A stretch of 56,145 nt of DNA from Candidatus Zixiibacteriota bacterium (GTDB taxonomy: Bacteria > RBG-13-66-14 > B26-G2 > WVWN01), in the NCBI GenBank assembly GCA_050117845.1, contig JASFLY010000018.1, forward strand, positions 1 to 56,145, read 5' to 3'. A model generated the notes under the pieces. The model worked only from the letters and a program-made list of their open reading frames with translations, made no database searches and was not told the origin of the DNA. Shown here piece after piece: positions 55,643-56,145 of the stretch (its first letter is position 1; the number at the start of each line of letters is the position of its first letter). The position numbers and the translations under genes were made by a program.

Positions 55643-56145
55643 CTAGTGGACGACCGCTACTCGCTTCGCCGAGACGTGGCCGCCGCCCTCCAGGTGCAAT
55701 ATGTATATACCCGCGGGCATGCCGCTTACGTCCATCGCGTACTCGTGCGTCCCTTCCGTTACGGGCCGCTCCAGTACCGTTCCCACGCGACGCCCCGACA
55801 GATCGTACATACGTACCACTACTTCCGTCGCCGTCGGCATGTTTATCATCAGCTTCGCCGTCGTCGCCGCAGGGTTCGGCGCCACGTTGAACGAGAACGC
55901 CCGCGGTGCCGTACCTTCCACCCGCGTCGTCCCCAGTTCATTCATGCCCGCCGCCGCCATGACCGCTTCCAGCTTATACTCGAACACGCCCGACTCCACG
56001 CCGGCGTCCATGTACCGATACGGCGATTTGCCCACTATCGGGTCGCCGTTCACCAGCGTCCAACCGTCGTTCGTCGGCGCCGCCGCGGTAGCTCCGTTCG
56101 AGCCGAAGGCCCCGGCCATCGCGTTCGCCGTGGCCCCGCCGCCCG
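55643..56145 (-). CDS. 3' part of a secreted protein with a T9SS type A C-terminal sorting domain (5' end outside the window)
   Basis: Frame is open to the window edge; APNPA, MYDLSGRRV, MPAGIYIL and KRVAVVH motifs. Confidence 0.85.
   Translation of the reverse strand, partial: GGGATANAMAGAFGSNGATAAAPTNDGWTLVNGDPIVGKSPYRYMDAGVESGVFEYKLEAVMAAAGMNELGTTRVEGTAPRAFSFNVAPNPAATTAKLMINMPTATEVVVRMYDLSGRRVGTVLERPVTEGTHEYAMDVSGMPAGIYILHLEGGGHVSAKRVAVVH

Overview
High-GC bacterial window from a diderm organism. The lineage is probably FCB-related or a candidate phylum, inferred from a T9SS-type C-terminal domain and a recurring 'ASLG[RK]VKAL[FY]' C-terminal tag. From left to right it contains: (1) the start of a probable isocitrate/isopropylmalate dehydrogenase-family gene running off the left edge; (2) a Crp/Fnr regulator with a class II TTGAC-N4-GTCAA site in front of an Fe-S protein; (3) a secreted Omp28/thioredoxin-like gene that the ORF track truncates at an in-frame TGA, which lies in a UxxC motif followed by a SECIS-like hairpin (a probable selenoprotein); (4) a minus-strand operon with a ferredoxin-fused citryl-CoA synthetase/ACL-like ligase, citryl-CoA lyase and a LeuCD-type aconitase; (5) housekeeping genes (S4 protein, pheST, zapB/zapA-like, ROK kinase, Omp85-type protein, hisC, murA, cobB, tldD, NIF3); (6) a compact, probably single-promoter Agl-Glt-like PMF motor cluster (YjbH-like barrel, two TPR proteins, GltF-like, AglRQS-like, two TonB-C/AgmX-PglI-type proteins) among surface-glycan genes (tandem Wzz, O-antigen-ligase-TPR, GT-C-TPR, Wza, Wzc). 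No rRNA, tRNA, CRISPR array or mobile element was seen. All family calls come from motif recognition by eye; no database searches were run.
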